From positions 87,110 through 151,109 of the forward strand of contig CAVQFH010000003.1 of the NCBI GenBank assembly GCA_963711775.1: a stretch of DNA of 64,000 bases, in the 5' to 3' direction. Positions 1 to 11,577 of this stretch are shown here, in pieces. The stretch comes from an uncultured Actinomycetota bacterium (GTDB lineage: Bacteria; Actinomycetota; Actinomycetes; Mycobacteriales; Jatrophihabitantaceae). The notes beneath the pieces are model-generated. The model made no database searches, had not been told where the DNA came from, and worked only from the letters and a program-made list of their open reading frames with translations. A program made the translations under genes and the position numbers. Numbering within the stretch: position 1 is the first letter of the stretch; each line of letters begins with the position of its first letter.

Positions 1-665
1 CCGGGGCTGCGGCAGCTCGCACCTGGGGTGGACGTCGAGACCTTCCGCCCCGGCGTCGACGGCTCGGCGGTGCGCGCGCGGTACGGCCTGGCCGGCCGGC
101 CGGTCGTCGTGTGCGTCTCGCGGCTGGTCCCGCGCAAGGGTCAGGACACGCTGATCGACGCCCTGCCCGCCGTGCGCCGCGCGGTTCCCGGACGCCGCGC
201 TGCTGCTGGTCGGGTCCGGCCCGTACGAGCCGACCTGCGCGCCTCGCGCCGAGCGGGCCGGCGTCGGCGACCACGTCGTGTTCACCGGCGGCGTCGCCGT
301 ACGCGGAGCTGCCCGGCGCACTACGCGGCCGGGCGACGTGTTCGCGATGCCGTGCCGCACCCGCCGCCGCGGCCTCGACGTCGAGGGCCTCGGCATGGTC
401 TACCTCGAGGCGTCGGCGACCGGGCTGCCGGTCGTCGCCGGCGACTCCGGCGGCGCGCCGGAGGCGGTGCGCGAGGGCGAGACCGGCTACGTGGTCGGCG
501 GGCGCGACGTCGACGCGCTCGCCGAGCGGCTCGTCACCTGCTCGCCGATGCCGACCTGCGCGCGCGGATCGGGCGCGCCGGCCGGGCCTGGGTCGAGCAG
601 CGACTGGACGCTGGGACGTGCGGGCCGCGCAGCTGCGCGCCCTGCTGACCGGCGAGCGGGCCTAG
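1..665 (+). CDS. Glycosyltransferase family 4 (PimB'/Rv2188c-like), 5' truncated, frameshifted
   Basis: VVCVSRLVPRKGQD, EGLGMVYLEASATGLPVVAGDSGGAPE GT-B motifs over several frames. Confidence 0.85.
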   Translation, partial: GAAAARTWGGRRDLPPRRRRLGGARAVRPGRPAGRRVRLAAGPAQGSGHADRRPARRAPRGSRTPRCCWSGPARTSRPARLAPSGPASATTSCSPAASPYAELPGALRGRATCSRCRAAPAAAASTSRASAWSTSRRRRPGCRSSPATPAARRRRCARARPATWSAGATSTRSPSGSSPARRCRPARADRARRPGLGRAATGRWDVRAAQLRALLTGERA

Positions 666-2480
666 TCGCGCCTTCGCGTCGGAGTACAGCGCGGCGATCT
701 GGTCGGCGCACTCCTTGTGCACGACGTTGCGCTTGAGCTTCAGCGACGGCGTGAGCTGGCCGCCCGCCTCGGTCCAGTCGTCGGGCAGGATCGTGAACTT
801 GCGGATCGACTCGGCCTTGCTGACCGCCTTGTTCGCGTCGTCGATCGCGCGTCTGGATCTCCGCGCGCAGCTCCGGGTCGTCGACGACGTCGGCCAGCGG
901 GGTGTCGGCGGGCTTGCCGTGCTCGGACAGCCAGTGCGGCATCGACTCGGGGTCGATCGTGATCAGCGCCGCGATGAACGGCTTCTGGTCACCGACCACC
1001 AGGCACTGGCTGACCAGCCAGTGCGCGCGCACCCGGTCCTCGAGCACGGCCGGCGCGACGTTCTTGCCGCCCGCGGTGACGATCAGCTCCTTCTTGCGCC
1101 CGGTGATCCGGACGAAGCCGTCGTCGTCGATCTCGCCGATGTCGCCGGTGTGGAACCAGCCGTCGGCGTCGATGCGCCTCGGCCGTCGCGTCGTCGTTCT
1201 GCCAGTACCCGGCGAACACCATCGGCGACCGCGCACGAGCAGCTCGCCGTCGTCGGCGATGCGCACGGTGACGTCGCCGACCGGCTGGCCGACCGTGCCG
1301 ATGCGGATCGAGCTCGGGCCGGTTCACGCAGATGCCGGCGGTCGTCTCGGTGAGCCCGTACCCCTCGTAGATCGTCACGCCGATGCCGCGGAAGAAGTGG
1401 CCGAGCCGGGCACCGAGCGGCGCGCCGCCGGAGACCGCCGCGACGCACTCGCCGCCGAGCGCGGCGCGCAGCTTGGAGTAGACGAGCTTGTCGAACACCG
1501 CGTGCTGCGCGCTTGCAGCCAGCAGCGGCCCGGCCTGCCGTCGCGCCTCGGAGTAGGCGATCGCGACCGCTCTCGGCGCGGTCGAAGATCTTGCCCTTGC
1601 CCGACGCCGTGCGCCTTCTGCTTGGCGCGCGTTGTAGACCTTCTCGAACACCCGCGGGACGGCCAGCACGAAGGTCGGCTTGAACTCGGCGAGGTCGTCG
1701 AGCAGGTTCTTCACGTCCGGCGTGTGGCCGAGCGTGCACCCGACGTGCAGCGCACCGATCTCGATCACCCGGCCGAACACGTGCGCGATCGGCAGGAACA
1801 GCAGCGTGGACGTGTCCTCGTTGAAGAAGCTGCGCAGCACCGTCGGCCAGCTCGGCGCACTTCGGCGACGAAGCTGCGGTGCAGCAGCTGGCAGCCCTTG
1901 GGGCGGCCGGTCGTGCCCGAGGTGTAGATGATCGAGGCGAGGTCGTCGAGGGTCACGGCCTGCGCGGCGCTTGGTCACGTCGTCGTCGGCGACCTCCGCG
2001 CCGTCGCGCACGAGCGCGTCGATCGCGCCGTCGTCGATGGTCCAGACGTCGCGAGGTCGGGCGCTGCGGTCGCGGACCGACGTCGACGATCGCCGCGTGC
2101 TCGTCGGTCTCGACGACACGCCGCGCGCGCCGGAGTCGGACAGGATCCACTCGACCTGCTCGGCGCTGGACGTCTCGTAGATCGGCACGACGACCGCGCC
2201 GACGGTGAACAGCGCGAAGTCGACGAGCGTCCACTCGTAGCGGGTCTTGCTCATCACCGCGACGCGGTCGCCGGCCTGGATGCCTGCCGCGATCAAGCCC
2301 TTGGCGACGGCGGTCACCTCGTCGGCGAACGCGCGGTCGGTGACGTCGCGCCACGGCGCCGTCCACGCGCCGGCGCAGCGCGACGTGGTCGGGACGGGAC
2401 CGGGCGTTGTCGAACACGAAGTCGGCGGTGTTGCTCATCGTGAGCGTGGTGACGCTGCTGGCGACGTGGAACTCGCGCAC
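662..2480 (-). CDS. Long-chain fatty acid-CoA ligase (FadD15-like), frameshifted
   Basis: [50 protein letters not shown]. Confidence 0.9.
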
Positions 2481-2612
2481 CGGTGCGGCCGTCCTTCCGG
2501 GTCAGGATACCGTGCGGACTGGCCGATGCACGATAGTTCGTTACCGTCCGACGCGCGCGCGATAGCGGGTCGTGCCGGTCGCGCCGAAGCTGCGTGCCAC
2601 GCTCGTAGCGCC

Positions 2613-3030
2613 GTGCCCGAGGTCGACGTCGTCGACGACACCTGGATCGGTGTGCGTCGCCCAGCTGCTGGCGCGCGTACGTTGCCGATCCCGCGAACTG
2701 GCGGCGCTGGTGGCCGGACCTGACGCTGCGAGGTCGAGCGAGCGGCGCGGCGCCGAAGGGCATGCGCTGGCACGGTGCCCGCCGGACGCCGCGGAGCGGT
2801 CACCGGCTCGATGGAGATCTGGCTGCAGCCGGTCGACGACGGCACGGTCGTCCACTTCTTCGCTGCGGCTTCGACGGCGGTGCCCCGCTCGTTGCGGCCG
2901 CGCGAGCGGTTGCGGCTACGAGCACGGTACCGCGTGCGGATCAAGCAGGCGCTGTTCTGCGGTGCTGGCCGACCAGCGTCGACCCCGGGCGGCTCGCCCG
3001 GCTCGCCGGGCCGCCGGTGGCATCCCGTAG
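2613..3030 (+). CDS. Polyketide cyclase/SRPBCC-like protein (Rv2186c-like), frameshifted
   Basis: VDVVDDTWI...WRRWWPDL...GSMEIWLQPVDDGTVVHFF; synteny. Confidence 0.65.
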
Positions 3031-3040
3031 CCTCAGCCCC

Positions 3041-3490
3041 ATGGCCGCGGACCAGTCGACCCAGTCGATCGACATCGACGCCGACCCGGCCGCGATCATG
3101 GCCGTGATCGCCGACTTCGCCAACTACCCGGCCTGGGCCGGCGTCGGTGAAGAAGGCCGAGGTGCTCGAGACCGGGCCGGACGGCCGGGCCCGCCGCGTC
3201 GCGTTCACGCTCGACGGCGGGACCGGTGCGCGACGACTACGAACTTGCGCTACCAGTGGACCGGCGACGAGCGGGTCGAGTGGGACACTGGTGCGCGGGC
3301 AGATGATGCAGGCCCAGCAGGGCCGCTACGCTGCTCGAACCGACCGGGCAGGGCACCCACGTCACCTACTGGCTGAGCGTCGACCTGGCGATCCCGATGC
3401 TCGGGCAGCTCAAGCGCAAGGCCGAGCGGTGGTCATGGACACAGGCCTTCAAGCGAGCTGAAGAAGCGCGTCGAGGCGATCGCCGCGTGA
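3041..3490 (+). CDS. SRPBCC family protein (Rv2185c-like), frameshifted
   Basis: MAADQSTQSIDIDADPAAIMAVIADFANYPAW...LSVDLAIPMLGQLKRKAE. Confidence 0.8.
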
Positions 3491-4698
3491 TGCGATCGTC
3501 CTGTTCACCGGCAAGGGCGGCGTCGGCAAGACGACCACGGCGTCGGCGACGGCGCTGCGCCTGGCCGACCGCGGCGTGCAAGACGCTGCTGCTGTCGACC
3601 GACGTCGCGCACTCGCTCGCCGACGCGCTGGACGTGCGCGCTCGGCGGCGAGCCGGCCGAGGTCGCGCCGTCGCTGTGGGCGGTGCAGATCGACACCCAG
3701 GGCCGGTTCGAGGCGGCCTGGCGCGACGTGCAGGGCTTCCTCGTCGACATGCTCTCGCGCGGCGGCGTCGACCCGATCACCGCCGACGAGCTGACCGTGC
3801 TGCCCGGCGTCGACGAGGTGCTCGCGCTGCTCGCGGTGCGCGAACTCGCATCGGCCGGCGACTGGGACGCGCTGGTCGTCGACTGCGCGCCGACCGCCGA
3901 GACGCTGCGGCTGCTCGCGCTGCCCGAGGCGCTGGGCTGGTACCTGCAGAAGGTCTTCCCGGCCCATCGCCGGCTCGCCAAGGGCATGCGTCCGATCGCG
4001 ACGCTGCTCGGGCGCGGCGAGGTGATCCCGCCGGACAGCCTGTTCGAGGCGCTGCTGCGCCTCAACGACGATCTGGCGGCGGTGCGCGAGCTGCTCGGCG
4101 ACCCGGCGATCACCTCGGTGCGGCTCGTGCTCACCCCCGAGTCGGTGGTGGCCGCCGAGGCGCGCCGCACGTTCACCGCGCTCGCGCTGTACGGCTACAG
4201 CGTCGACCTGGTCGTCGCCAACCGGGTGTTCCCGGCCGGCGAGCGACGAGTGGCGGGCCGGCTGGGCGCGCGCGCAGCAGACCCAGCTCGCCGCGATCCG
4301 CGAGTCGTTCGCCGGGCTGCCCGTGCGCGAGCTGCCCTACCGCGCGGCCGAGCCGGTCGGCGCGGAGGCGCTGCGCGAGGTCGCCGACGAGCTCTACGGC
4401 GAGCGCGCGATCCCGATCCGGCGCTCGCCGGCGAGCGCCGCCGAGCTGCTGCGGGTCGAGCGCGACGGCGAGGAGTTCGTGCTCGCATGCGCGCTGCCGC
4501 TGGCCGTCGCGGTCGGCGGTCGACGTCGCCCGGGCCGGCGACGACCTGATCTGACCGTCGCGGGCCACCGGCGGGTGCTGACGCTGCCCAGCGTGCTGCG
4601 CCGGTGCGAGGTCGTCGGCGGCGACTTCGACGGCACCGAGCTGCCCGTGCGCTTCCGTCCCGATCCCGGACGGGTGGCCCGACCGCCGACACGGGTGA
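3490..4698 (+). CDS. ArsA/Get3 family ATPase (Rv2184c-like), frameshifted
   Basis: LFTGKGGVGKTT, LLSTDVAHSLAD, VVDCAPTAETLRLL. Confidence 0.9.
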
Positions 4699-4706
4699 GG
4701 CGCAGC

Positions 4707-5066
4707 ATGGCTGACGAGCAACCGCCTCGGCCGCCGCTGGCCGAGGAGGCCGTACGCCTGCTCGGCGTCGTGCAGGACTGGGCGCGCCAGACCTTTCCGC
4801 CGCGCCGGCGGGCCACGCGGACGGCGCGCGCCGGTGTGCCAGTGGTGCCCGCTGTGCCAGTTCATGGCGGTGCTGCGCGGCGAGCGGCCCGAGGTGACCG
4901 CGCGGGTGACCGAGGCCGGCGTCGCCGTCGCGGTCGCGCTGCGGCACTGCGCGCGATCGCCGACGCGGCCGCCGAGGCCGCGCCCGGCGCCGACGCCGCA
5001 CCGAAGCCGGCATCCGCCGCGGGTGCAGCGCATCGACCTCGGCGGCGATCCGAGCAGCGCGCGTGA
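4707..5066 (+). CDS. Conserved actinobacterial protein (Rv2183c-like) with CxWCPxC
   Basis: LAEEAVRLL...CQWCPLCQ...RVQRIDL; follows ArsA. Confidence 0.7.
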   Translation: MADEQPPRPPLAEEAVRLLGVVQDWARQTFPPRRRATRTARAGVPVVPAVPVHGGAARRAARGDRAGDRGRRRRRGRAAALRAIADAAAEAAPGADAAPKPASAAGAAHRPRRRSEQRA

Positions 5067-6027
5067 CGCCTCGCCATCGGTGTCGACATCGGCGGCACCA
5101 AGGTCGCGGCCGGGGTCGTCGACGAGAGCCGGCCGGGTGATCGACCGCGAGCGCCGCGCCACGCCCGGGCGACGACGTCGCGAAGCACCGAGTCGGTCAT
5201 CGTCGACGTGGTCGACGCGCTGCGAGCCCGGCACGAGGTCGCCGCGGTGGGCATCGGCGCCGCCGGCTGGATCGGCACGGACAACGCGACCGTGCTGTTC
5301 TCGCCGCACCTCGCCTGGCGCGACGAGCCGCTGCGCGACGACCTGGCGCGCCGGATCGAGCGTGCCGGTCGTCGTCGAGAACGACGCGAACGCCGCCGCC
5401 TGGGCCGAGTACCGGTTCGGTGTCGCGCGCGGGTCAGCCGGTCGTCGTCGTGCGTCACGCTCGGCACCGGCATCGGCGGCGGCGCTGGTCGTCGACGGCA
5501 CGCGTCTTCCGCGGCGCGTACGGCATCGCCTGCGAGTACGGGCACATGACGGTCGTGCCCGGACGGGCGGCTGCTGCGCCTGCGGCAACCGGGGCTGCTG
5601 GGAGATGTACGCGTCCGGCCGCGCGCTGGCCCGCGACGCCCGCGAGCTGGCGACCGACTCGCCGGTGGCGGCCGCCCGGATGGTCGAGCTCGCCGGCTCG
5701 CATCGACGCGCATCGACGGGCCGATCGTCAGCGCCGCGGCGGCCGAGGGCGACCCGGCGGCGGTGTCGATCTGCACCACCATGGGCCGCTGGCTCGGCAC
5801 GCGGACTGGCCAGCCTCGCCGCGGTGCTCGACCCGTCGATGTTCGTCATCGGCGGCGGCGTGTCGGCGGCCGGTGAGCTGCTGCTCGGCCCCGCCCGGCA
5901 GGAGTTCCGCGCACACGCTGACCGGCCGCGGCTTCCGCCCGGTCGCCGAGATCGCGCCGGTCGCGCTCGGCCCGGATGCCGGCCTGGTCGGCGCCGCCGA
6001 CCTCGCCCGGCGCCGCGTCGGGACTGA
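5063..6027 (+). CDS. glkA: ROK family glucokinase, frameshifted
   Basis: IGVDIGGTK, VENDANAAAWAEYRFG, TLGTGIGG, EYGH, CGNRGCWEMYASG. Confidence 0.88.
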
Positions 6028-6033
6028 TCGGCG

Positions 6034-6531
6034 CTAGCTGCACGCTGGACTTCGCGCTCGGCCAGCTCGGCGAGCCGTACCGCGCCGAGAGGGCGCGCAG
6101 CTTGTCCGGTGTCGTCGCCTTGGCCCGCTCGATGCGCTTCGCGCTCGGAAAGTTGCGACCAGTCGGTAGGTGTGGACGACATGGGATCGCCGCCGCCGTC
6201 ATCGGGAGCGGCGTGGAGCTCCCGACGCCAGAAGGGGCCCGGCGGCGGAGCAGCGCCGGGTTCGCTCGGCCGCCAGGCGATGCGACGGGGCTCGTCGAAC
6301 TCGACGACGTGGTTCTCGCGCGTCGCCCCGCTGGTCAGCCTCATCACGAAGACGCGCCGACGGCGTGCACCCGCTGGCCGCCAGCCGCCTCGGCCAGGTT
6401 CTCGTTGCCGTCCCACTGCGGTTGCCGGGCCGGATCGGCGATCAGCTCGAACGGCCGTGCGGCGGGTGCGGCGAGTCGCGCTCGGCGCGAACGACGCGGG
6501 CGAAGTCGGCAGCCGGGTCATCAGGAGTCAT
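6034..6531 (-). CDS. SRPBCC/polyketide cyclase family protein, frameshifted
   Basis: ELIADPARQPQWDGNENL...RENHVVEFDEPRRIAWRP. Confidence 0.7.
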
Positions 6532-6595
6532 CCGTCCATCGAAGACAGGTTGCACAACTGTTGAACTTCAGGCGGCGCCTGCCGATGTAGTCGGT

Positions 6596-7658
6596 GTGAC
6601 GCTGCTCGATCGCTTGCAGCCACGCGATGCCGACCTCGCGGCCCGCGTGCTCTCGACCCTTGCGCTCGTCGCGGGCGGGGTGACCGTCCTGTTCGCCGCG
6701 GTCGCGCCGGGTCAGCAGGGTGCCACGCCGGCCAGCATCGGCGTCACGGCCGCGGCCGCGCTCGCCGTCGTGGTCGTCGCCGTGCTGCTGCGGCGCATGC
6801 GCAACCGAGGTGCCTGGGTCTGGGCGGGCTTCCCGTTCGCCGCGGATCATCCTGATCGTGGCGCTGGACCTGATCACCAGCGACTCCTCGGTGAGCGCTC
6901 AGATCTTCTTCCTCTTCCCCGCCCTGTACGCCGGCTTCGCGCTGCGTCGCGTCGGGGCGATCATGGTCGCGTCGGCGGCGATCGTCGGCGACATCATCGA
7001 CGTCTTCACGCTGCTGTCGCCGCGCATCGCGCTCGTCCAGGCGGGTTATCTCATCGCCGCCATCCTGACCACGATTGCGCTGCTGATCCTGTCCGGCGAG
7101 CGTCAGGACGCCCTCGTCGCCGAACTGCGCACCCTGGCAGCGATCGACTCGCTCACCGGCCTGGTCACCCGGCGGGTCTTCAACGAGGCTGCCTCCTCGG
7201 CGCTCTCGGGTGCGGCCAGCGAGCAGGGCACCGGGCTGGTGCTCATCGACATCGACCACTTCAAACAGGTCAACGACGTCTACGGCCACCTCGCCGGCGA
7301 CGAGGTGCTGGTGCAGATGAGCCAGCTGCTGCTCGCGGGCACCCGGGGTGGCGACACGGTCAGTCGCATGGGCGGGGACGAGATCGCCGTCCTGATGACC
7401 GGCTGCGGCGTCGACGTACTGCGGCGGCGGGCGGAGCAGATCATCGCCGACGTGCGCGCGCACGCGTTCGTCACCGAGGCCGGCGCGACCATACCCGTGA
7501 CGGTGAGCGTGGGCATCGCCCACCTGCCGACGCACGGCGCGAGCCTGCGTGGGCTGTACGGCGCCGCCGACACCTCGCTCTACGTGGCGAAGGGCTGCGG
7601 CCGCGATCAGGTCGGGCCCATGCCCGACGCCGTGTTGCCGATCCGTCCGGCTGCCTGA
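6596..7658 (+). CDS. Membrane-bound diguanylate cyclase (GGDEF)
   Basis: N-terminal TM helices; DSLTGL, DIDHFKQVNDVYGHLAGD, RMGGDEI, AADTSLYVAK. Confidence 0.9.
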
Positions 7659-7724
7659 GACCGGCGCCCGCGCCCCACTCGGGTCGGTGATCACGCCGCT
7701 GAGGTAGCGCGGCACGATGGAGGC

Positions 7725-8411
7725 GTGCCCACCGTTCGCCTGCTGACCTACAACGTGCGTTCGATGCGCGACGACCGGGGCGCACTCGGGCGGGTGATCC
7801 GCTCGGCCGAGCCGGACGTGGTGGCGGTCCAGGAGGCGCCGCGGTTCCTGCGCTGGCGCTCGCTGTGCGCCGAACTCGCACGCCGCTCGAACCTCGTCGT
7901 GGTCAGCGGGGGTCGCCCGGCCGGGTCGAATCTGATCCTGTCCACGCTCGGCATCGATGTAGAGGCGACGGCGGACGTCCTGTTCAGTCGCGACCCGAGG
8001 CTGCACCGGCGGGGACGGCGATCGCCGTGCTGTCCAAGCTGGGCGCCCGGTTCGCCGTGGCCGGCGTCCATCTCGACCTGGTCGAGGAACCGAGACTGCG
8101 CCACATCGGCGAGCTGGAAACGGCTCTCGCCGAGCATGTGCCCGCCGACGTGCCGGTCGTCGTGACCGGCGACGCCAACAACCCACCGGGATCACCGACC
8201 TGGGACGCACTGGTCGCCGGGCGTGCAGGACGCGTTCGCCGTTGCGGGGACGGGCAGCCCGTTCACCTGGTCGGCAACCGACCCGCACGACACCATCGAC
8301 GGCGTGTTCCTGGACCGACGGCTCACCGTGCGCTCGGCCCGGGTGATCGACGGCCCGGACGTCGCAGTGGCGAGCGACCACCGTCCGCTGCTGGTCGAGT
8401 TCGAGATCTGA
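7725..8411 (+). CDS. Endonuclease/exonuclease/phosphatase family protein, frameshifted
   Basis: LLTYNV, VAVQE, VVTGDAN, IDGVF, ASDHRP. Confidence 0.85.
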
Positions 8412-8420
8412 ACGCGGCGC

Positions 8421-8657
8421 TCAGACCCCGATCGGACGCACCGTGTGCACCGCGTTGAGCCAGCGCTCGAGCGGAAGCACGCCGTGGCGAGCCGCGTCGA
8501 TCCCCGCGTCGAGCAGCACTTCGTAGGGCGTGGCGGCGAGCTCGGCGACCTGCGGACGGGCGAAGAACGCCTCCTGCTCGTCCGAGGTGAACTCGTCGAG
8601 CGGAGTACCGGTCAGCCGGCACCAGAGCTTGTACACCGTCGCCGCATCGGTCTGCAC
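8421..8657 (-). CDS. Small hypothetical protein
   Basis: GTG start with GAGGTGG RBS; clean ORF VQTDAATVYKLWCRL... Confidence 0.55.
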   Translation of the reverse strand: MQTDAATVYKLWCRLTGTPLDEFTSDEQEAFFARPQVAELAATPYEVLLDAGIDAARHGVLPLERWLNAVHTVRPIGV

Positions 8658-8748
8658 GGATGACCACCTCCGCGCTCGAGGGTCCGCGTCGCAGGCTGCC
8701 GCGAGGACGCCGGAAGGCGTCGTGTCGATGACCTGTAAGTAAACAGTG

Positions 8749-8777
8749 GACCTCAACTCCACCTAGAGCTTGAGGTC
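8749..8777 (-). terminator. Hairpin GACCTCAA...TTGAGGTC at the stop of the 8776-9471 gene
   Basis: 8-bp perfect inverted repeat extendable with a bulge, followed on minus strand by T-rich CACTGTTTACTT. Confidence 0.45.
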
Positions 8778-9471
8778 AGAGCACCGCGCCGTCGTCGTCC
8801 TCGTCGCGGTATTCGCGCAGCCGCATCACGAACAGCACCAGCGCGGTGATGATGCCGCTGACGCCGAGGAACAGGCTCAACGCGAACGGCATCCCCAGCG
8901 GGTCACCGAAGGCGAACAGCGTGACCGAGACGACGACCAGCAGCATGCCGAGCAGGATCGGTCCGGTGGGTCGCGGGATCGGTGGGGGGTTCGGCGGGAC
9001 GTAGTGCTCGTCGTCGAGCCAGGTGAGTTCGTCGCGCTCAGCGGGTTCGCGCTGATTGAGCCGCAACCGCCAGTCCTCGTCGTCGCGCGTGAGCGCCTTC
9101 TCGGCGTCGCGGATCGCGTTGTGCGTGTCGACGTGCCAGTCGGCGACCAGCGCCGCGAACTCGGCGTCCGCGTCGATGCCCGCCAGCGGATCGGGCCGGT
9201 CGGTCTCGTCCGTACCGTCCGGCGTCGGCTCCGGCCGGGCACGCAGGACGGACGCGACGATCGTGCGCGCGTCGGCACGCTCACCTGAAGCGACATACAG
9301 CCGCAGCGATCCCTGTGAGCCCGGCGCTTCGGCGAGGTACGCAGCGATGCGGGCGCGCGAGAGGGCGCTGAGCAGTTGCGGCGCGCTCGTCGCGGGCACG
9401 TCGGTGAGCTCCACGTAGGACGACGCGAGCAGGCCGTTGTTCCACGCCTGCTGCGAGAAGTCCTCGCTCAT
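8776..9471 (-). CDS. Conserved actinobacterial membrane protein
   Basis: Intact ORF, EHYVPPNPPPIPRP then two TM helices, ends DDDGAVL. Confidence 0.75.
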   Translation of the reverse strand: MSEDFSQQAWNNGLLASSYVELTDVPATSAPQLLSALSRARIAAYLAEAPGSQGSLRLYVASGERADARTIVASVLRARPEPTPDGTDETDRPDPLAGIDADAEFAALVADWHVDTHNAIRDAEKALTRDDEDWRLRLNQREPAERDELTWLDDEHYVPPNPPPIPRPTGPILLGMLLVVVSVTLFAFGDPLGMPFALSLFLGVSGIITALVLFVMRLREYRDEDDDGAVL

Positions 9472-10256
9472 TTCCTCGCCTCTGCGGTGAGCTGCTGGAA
9501 GAACTCCACGCTACCGCTGAAGATCTGCTCGGCGTCATGGTCCAAGGTCGCGACGTGGTAGCTGTTCTCGAGCAGGATCTCCTCGACCGTGGTCGACGAG
9601 GCGCCGGCCTTGAGCAACTGGCCCGACAGGTCGTCGACGACGTGGTCCTCGACGCTTCGGTACATGCGCACCGGCGCCGTGACGCGGGCGAAGTCGCCGG
9701 TGACGACCTTCCAGAAACGCACCAGCGACGCGCCCGCGACGACCGGTGTGCGGTCGTTGGCCGGCTCCTCGACGCCGGGCTTCTTGATGTCGCCGCCGAT
9801 CGACGGCCGCGAGCGCACCAACCAGCTCACGTACGGCGCGAGCTTCTCGGCCGTCCTGCGCGTGCCGAAGGACGGGTTCACCAGGACGAGCCCGGCGACC
9901 TGATCGCTCTTCTGCTCGGCGAGCCGCGTGACCAGCGCGCCGCCCATCGACAGGCCCGCGGCGAATACGAGCTCGCACCGCGCGGCGAGGTCGTCGAAGG
10001 CCTGCTCGATCGCGCCGTACCACTGCGGCCACCCGGTCTTGTTCGTCTCCTGCCAGGTGCCCCCGTGACCTGGCAGCAGCGGCAGCCGCACGCTGTAGCC
10101 GGCCGCAGCCAGGTGATCGGCCCATGGCCGCATGCTCGCCGGAGTGCCGGTGAACCCGTGACTGAGCACGACGCCCACCGGGCCGCCGTCGTGCGCGAAG
10201 GGCTGCTCGTCGGCGCTGCCGGCCGGCGGCTCGATCTGCTGATCGCGGTCGTCCAC
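9468..10256 (-). CDS. Alpha/beta hydrolase (carboxylesterase/monoacylglycerol lipase-like)
   Basis: HGFTG, GLSMGG, EDHVV, SYHVATLD. Confidence 0.9.
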   Translation of the reverse strand: MDDRDQQIEPPAGSADEQPFAHDGGPVGVVLSHGFTGTPASMRPWADHLAAAGYSVRLPLLPGHGGTWQETNKTGWPQWYGAIEQAFDDLAARCELVFAAGLSMGGALVTRLAEQKSDQVAGLVLVNPSFGTRRTAEKLAPYVSWLVRSRPSIGGDIKKPGVEEPANDRTPVVAGASLVRFWKVVTGDFARVTAPVRMYRSVEDHVVDDLSGQLLKAGASSTTVEEILLENSYHVATLDHDAEQIFSGSVEFFQQLTAEARK

Positions 10257-10312
10257 GCCCCCATCATGCCCTGACGAATTCGGTTCCGGCGTGCCGCAGG
10301 CACTAGCCTGAG

Positions 10313-11059
10313 GTGGTGTTCTACTGGCTGGCGAAGTTCGTCCTCATCGGACCGTTCCTGCGCGGCCTGTGGCGCCCGTGGGCCGACGGCCTCGAGAACA
10401 TCCCGGACGACCGTCCCGCCATCCTCGCCAGCAGCCACCTGTCCTTCAGCGACTCGTTCTTCTTCCCGGTGATGGTGCCGCGCAAGGTCACCTTCCTCGC
10501 CAAGTCCGAGTACTTCACGACTCCCGGCATCAAGGGTTTCTTCTCGAAGATGTTCTTCGCGGGCGTCGGGCAGGTGCCGATCGACCGCTCCGACTGCGAT
10601 GCCTCGCGCGCCGCCCTCCAGACCGGGCTGCGGGTGCTGGCCGAGGGCAAGCTGCTCGGCATCTACCCCGAGGGCACCCGCTCGCCCGACGGACGGCTCT
10701 ACCGCGGCAAGACCGGCGTCGCGCGGCTCGCGCTCGAGTCCGGCGCGCTGGTCGTCCCCTGCGCGATGATCGACACCGACAAGATCCAGCCGCAGGGCCG
10801 GCTGCTGCCCCGGCTGCGTCCGCGCCCGGGCGTGCGGATCGGCAAGCCGCTCGACTTCTCGCGCTACGAGGGCATGGCCGGTGACCGCTTGGTCGAGCGC
10901 TCGGTCACCGACGAGATCATGTACGCGCTGATGCAGCTGTCGGGCCAGGAGTACGTCGACCAGTACGCCGCCGACGTGAAGAAGGCGCAGGGCAAGGACC
11001 GCGGCCTTCGGCAGCGACTCCGACGCAGCTGCGCGACGCGCCTGCCCCGCGCGTCCTGA
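10313..11059 (+). CDS. 1-acyl-sn-glycerol-3-phosphate acyltransferase (Rv2182c-like)
   Basis: SHLSFSD, FLAKSEYF, IYPEGTRSPDGRLYRGKTG. Confidence 0.9.
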   Translation: MVFYWLAKFVLIGPFLRGLWRPWADGLENIPDDRPAILASSHLSFSDSFFFPVMVPRKVTFLAKSEYFTTPGIKGFFSKMFFAGVGQVPIDRSDCDASRAALQTGLRVLAEGKLLGIYPEGTRSPDGRLYRGKTGVARLALESGALVVPCAMIDTDKIQPQGRLLPRLRPRPGVRIGKPLDFSRYEGMAGDRLVERSVTDEIMYALMQLSGQEYVDQYAADVKKAQGKDRGLRQRLRRSCATRLPRAS

Positions 11060-11060
11060 C

Positions 11061-11567
11061 ATGCGGCGCTACTTCTACGACTGCGAGTTCATCGAGGACG
11101 GCACGACGATCGAGCTCGTGTCGATCGGGATGGTCGACGAGACCGGCCGCGAGTTCTACGCGGTGTCGACCGAGTTCGATCCGTCGCGGGCGATCGACTG
11201 GGTGCGCACCAACGTCCTCGACAAACTGCCCTCGCCGGCCGACCCGGCGTGGCGCTCGCGCGAGGCAGATCCGCGACGACCTGCTCGCGTTCCTGACCGA
11301 GCCCGGCGAGCCGATCCAGCTGTGGGCGTGGATGGCCGGCTACGACCATGTCGCGCTCGCCCAGCTGTGGGGTGACATGCGGGCGCTGCCGCGTGCCATC
11401 CCGCGGTTCACCCACGAGCTGCGCCAGCGTGGGAGGACGCCGGTAGCCCGCCGATGCCGCCGGCGCCGCCCGACCAGCACGACGCGCTCGCCGACGCCCG
11501 CCACAACCTCGCCCGGTGGCGCGCGCTGCAGAACAGCACTGCTGCGAGCCCGGCGTACTGTCGCTAG
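11061..11567 (+). CDS. 3'-5' exoribonuclease, RNase AS family (Rv2179c-like), frameshifted
   Basis: RYFYDCEFIEDG, LVSIG, YDHVALAQLWG, HDALADARHN. Confidence 0.88.
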
Positions 11568-11577
11568 GGTTTGCCCT

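Noticed and set aside
4173-8381. Long antisense or alternate-frame ORFs (e.g. 4173-6521, 6744-8381)
   Set aside because: Arg/Pro/Ala-rich shadow ORFs caused by stop-codon scarcity in high-GC DNA
8749-8777. SoxR/MerR operator (CCTCAA...TTGAGG)
   Set aside because: Spacer is 13 nt rather than 6, and the position at a stop codon fits a terminator better
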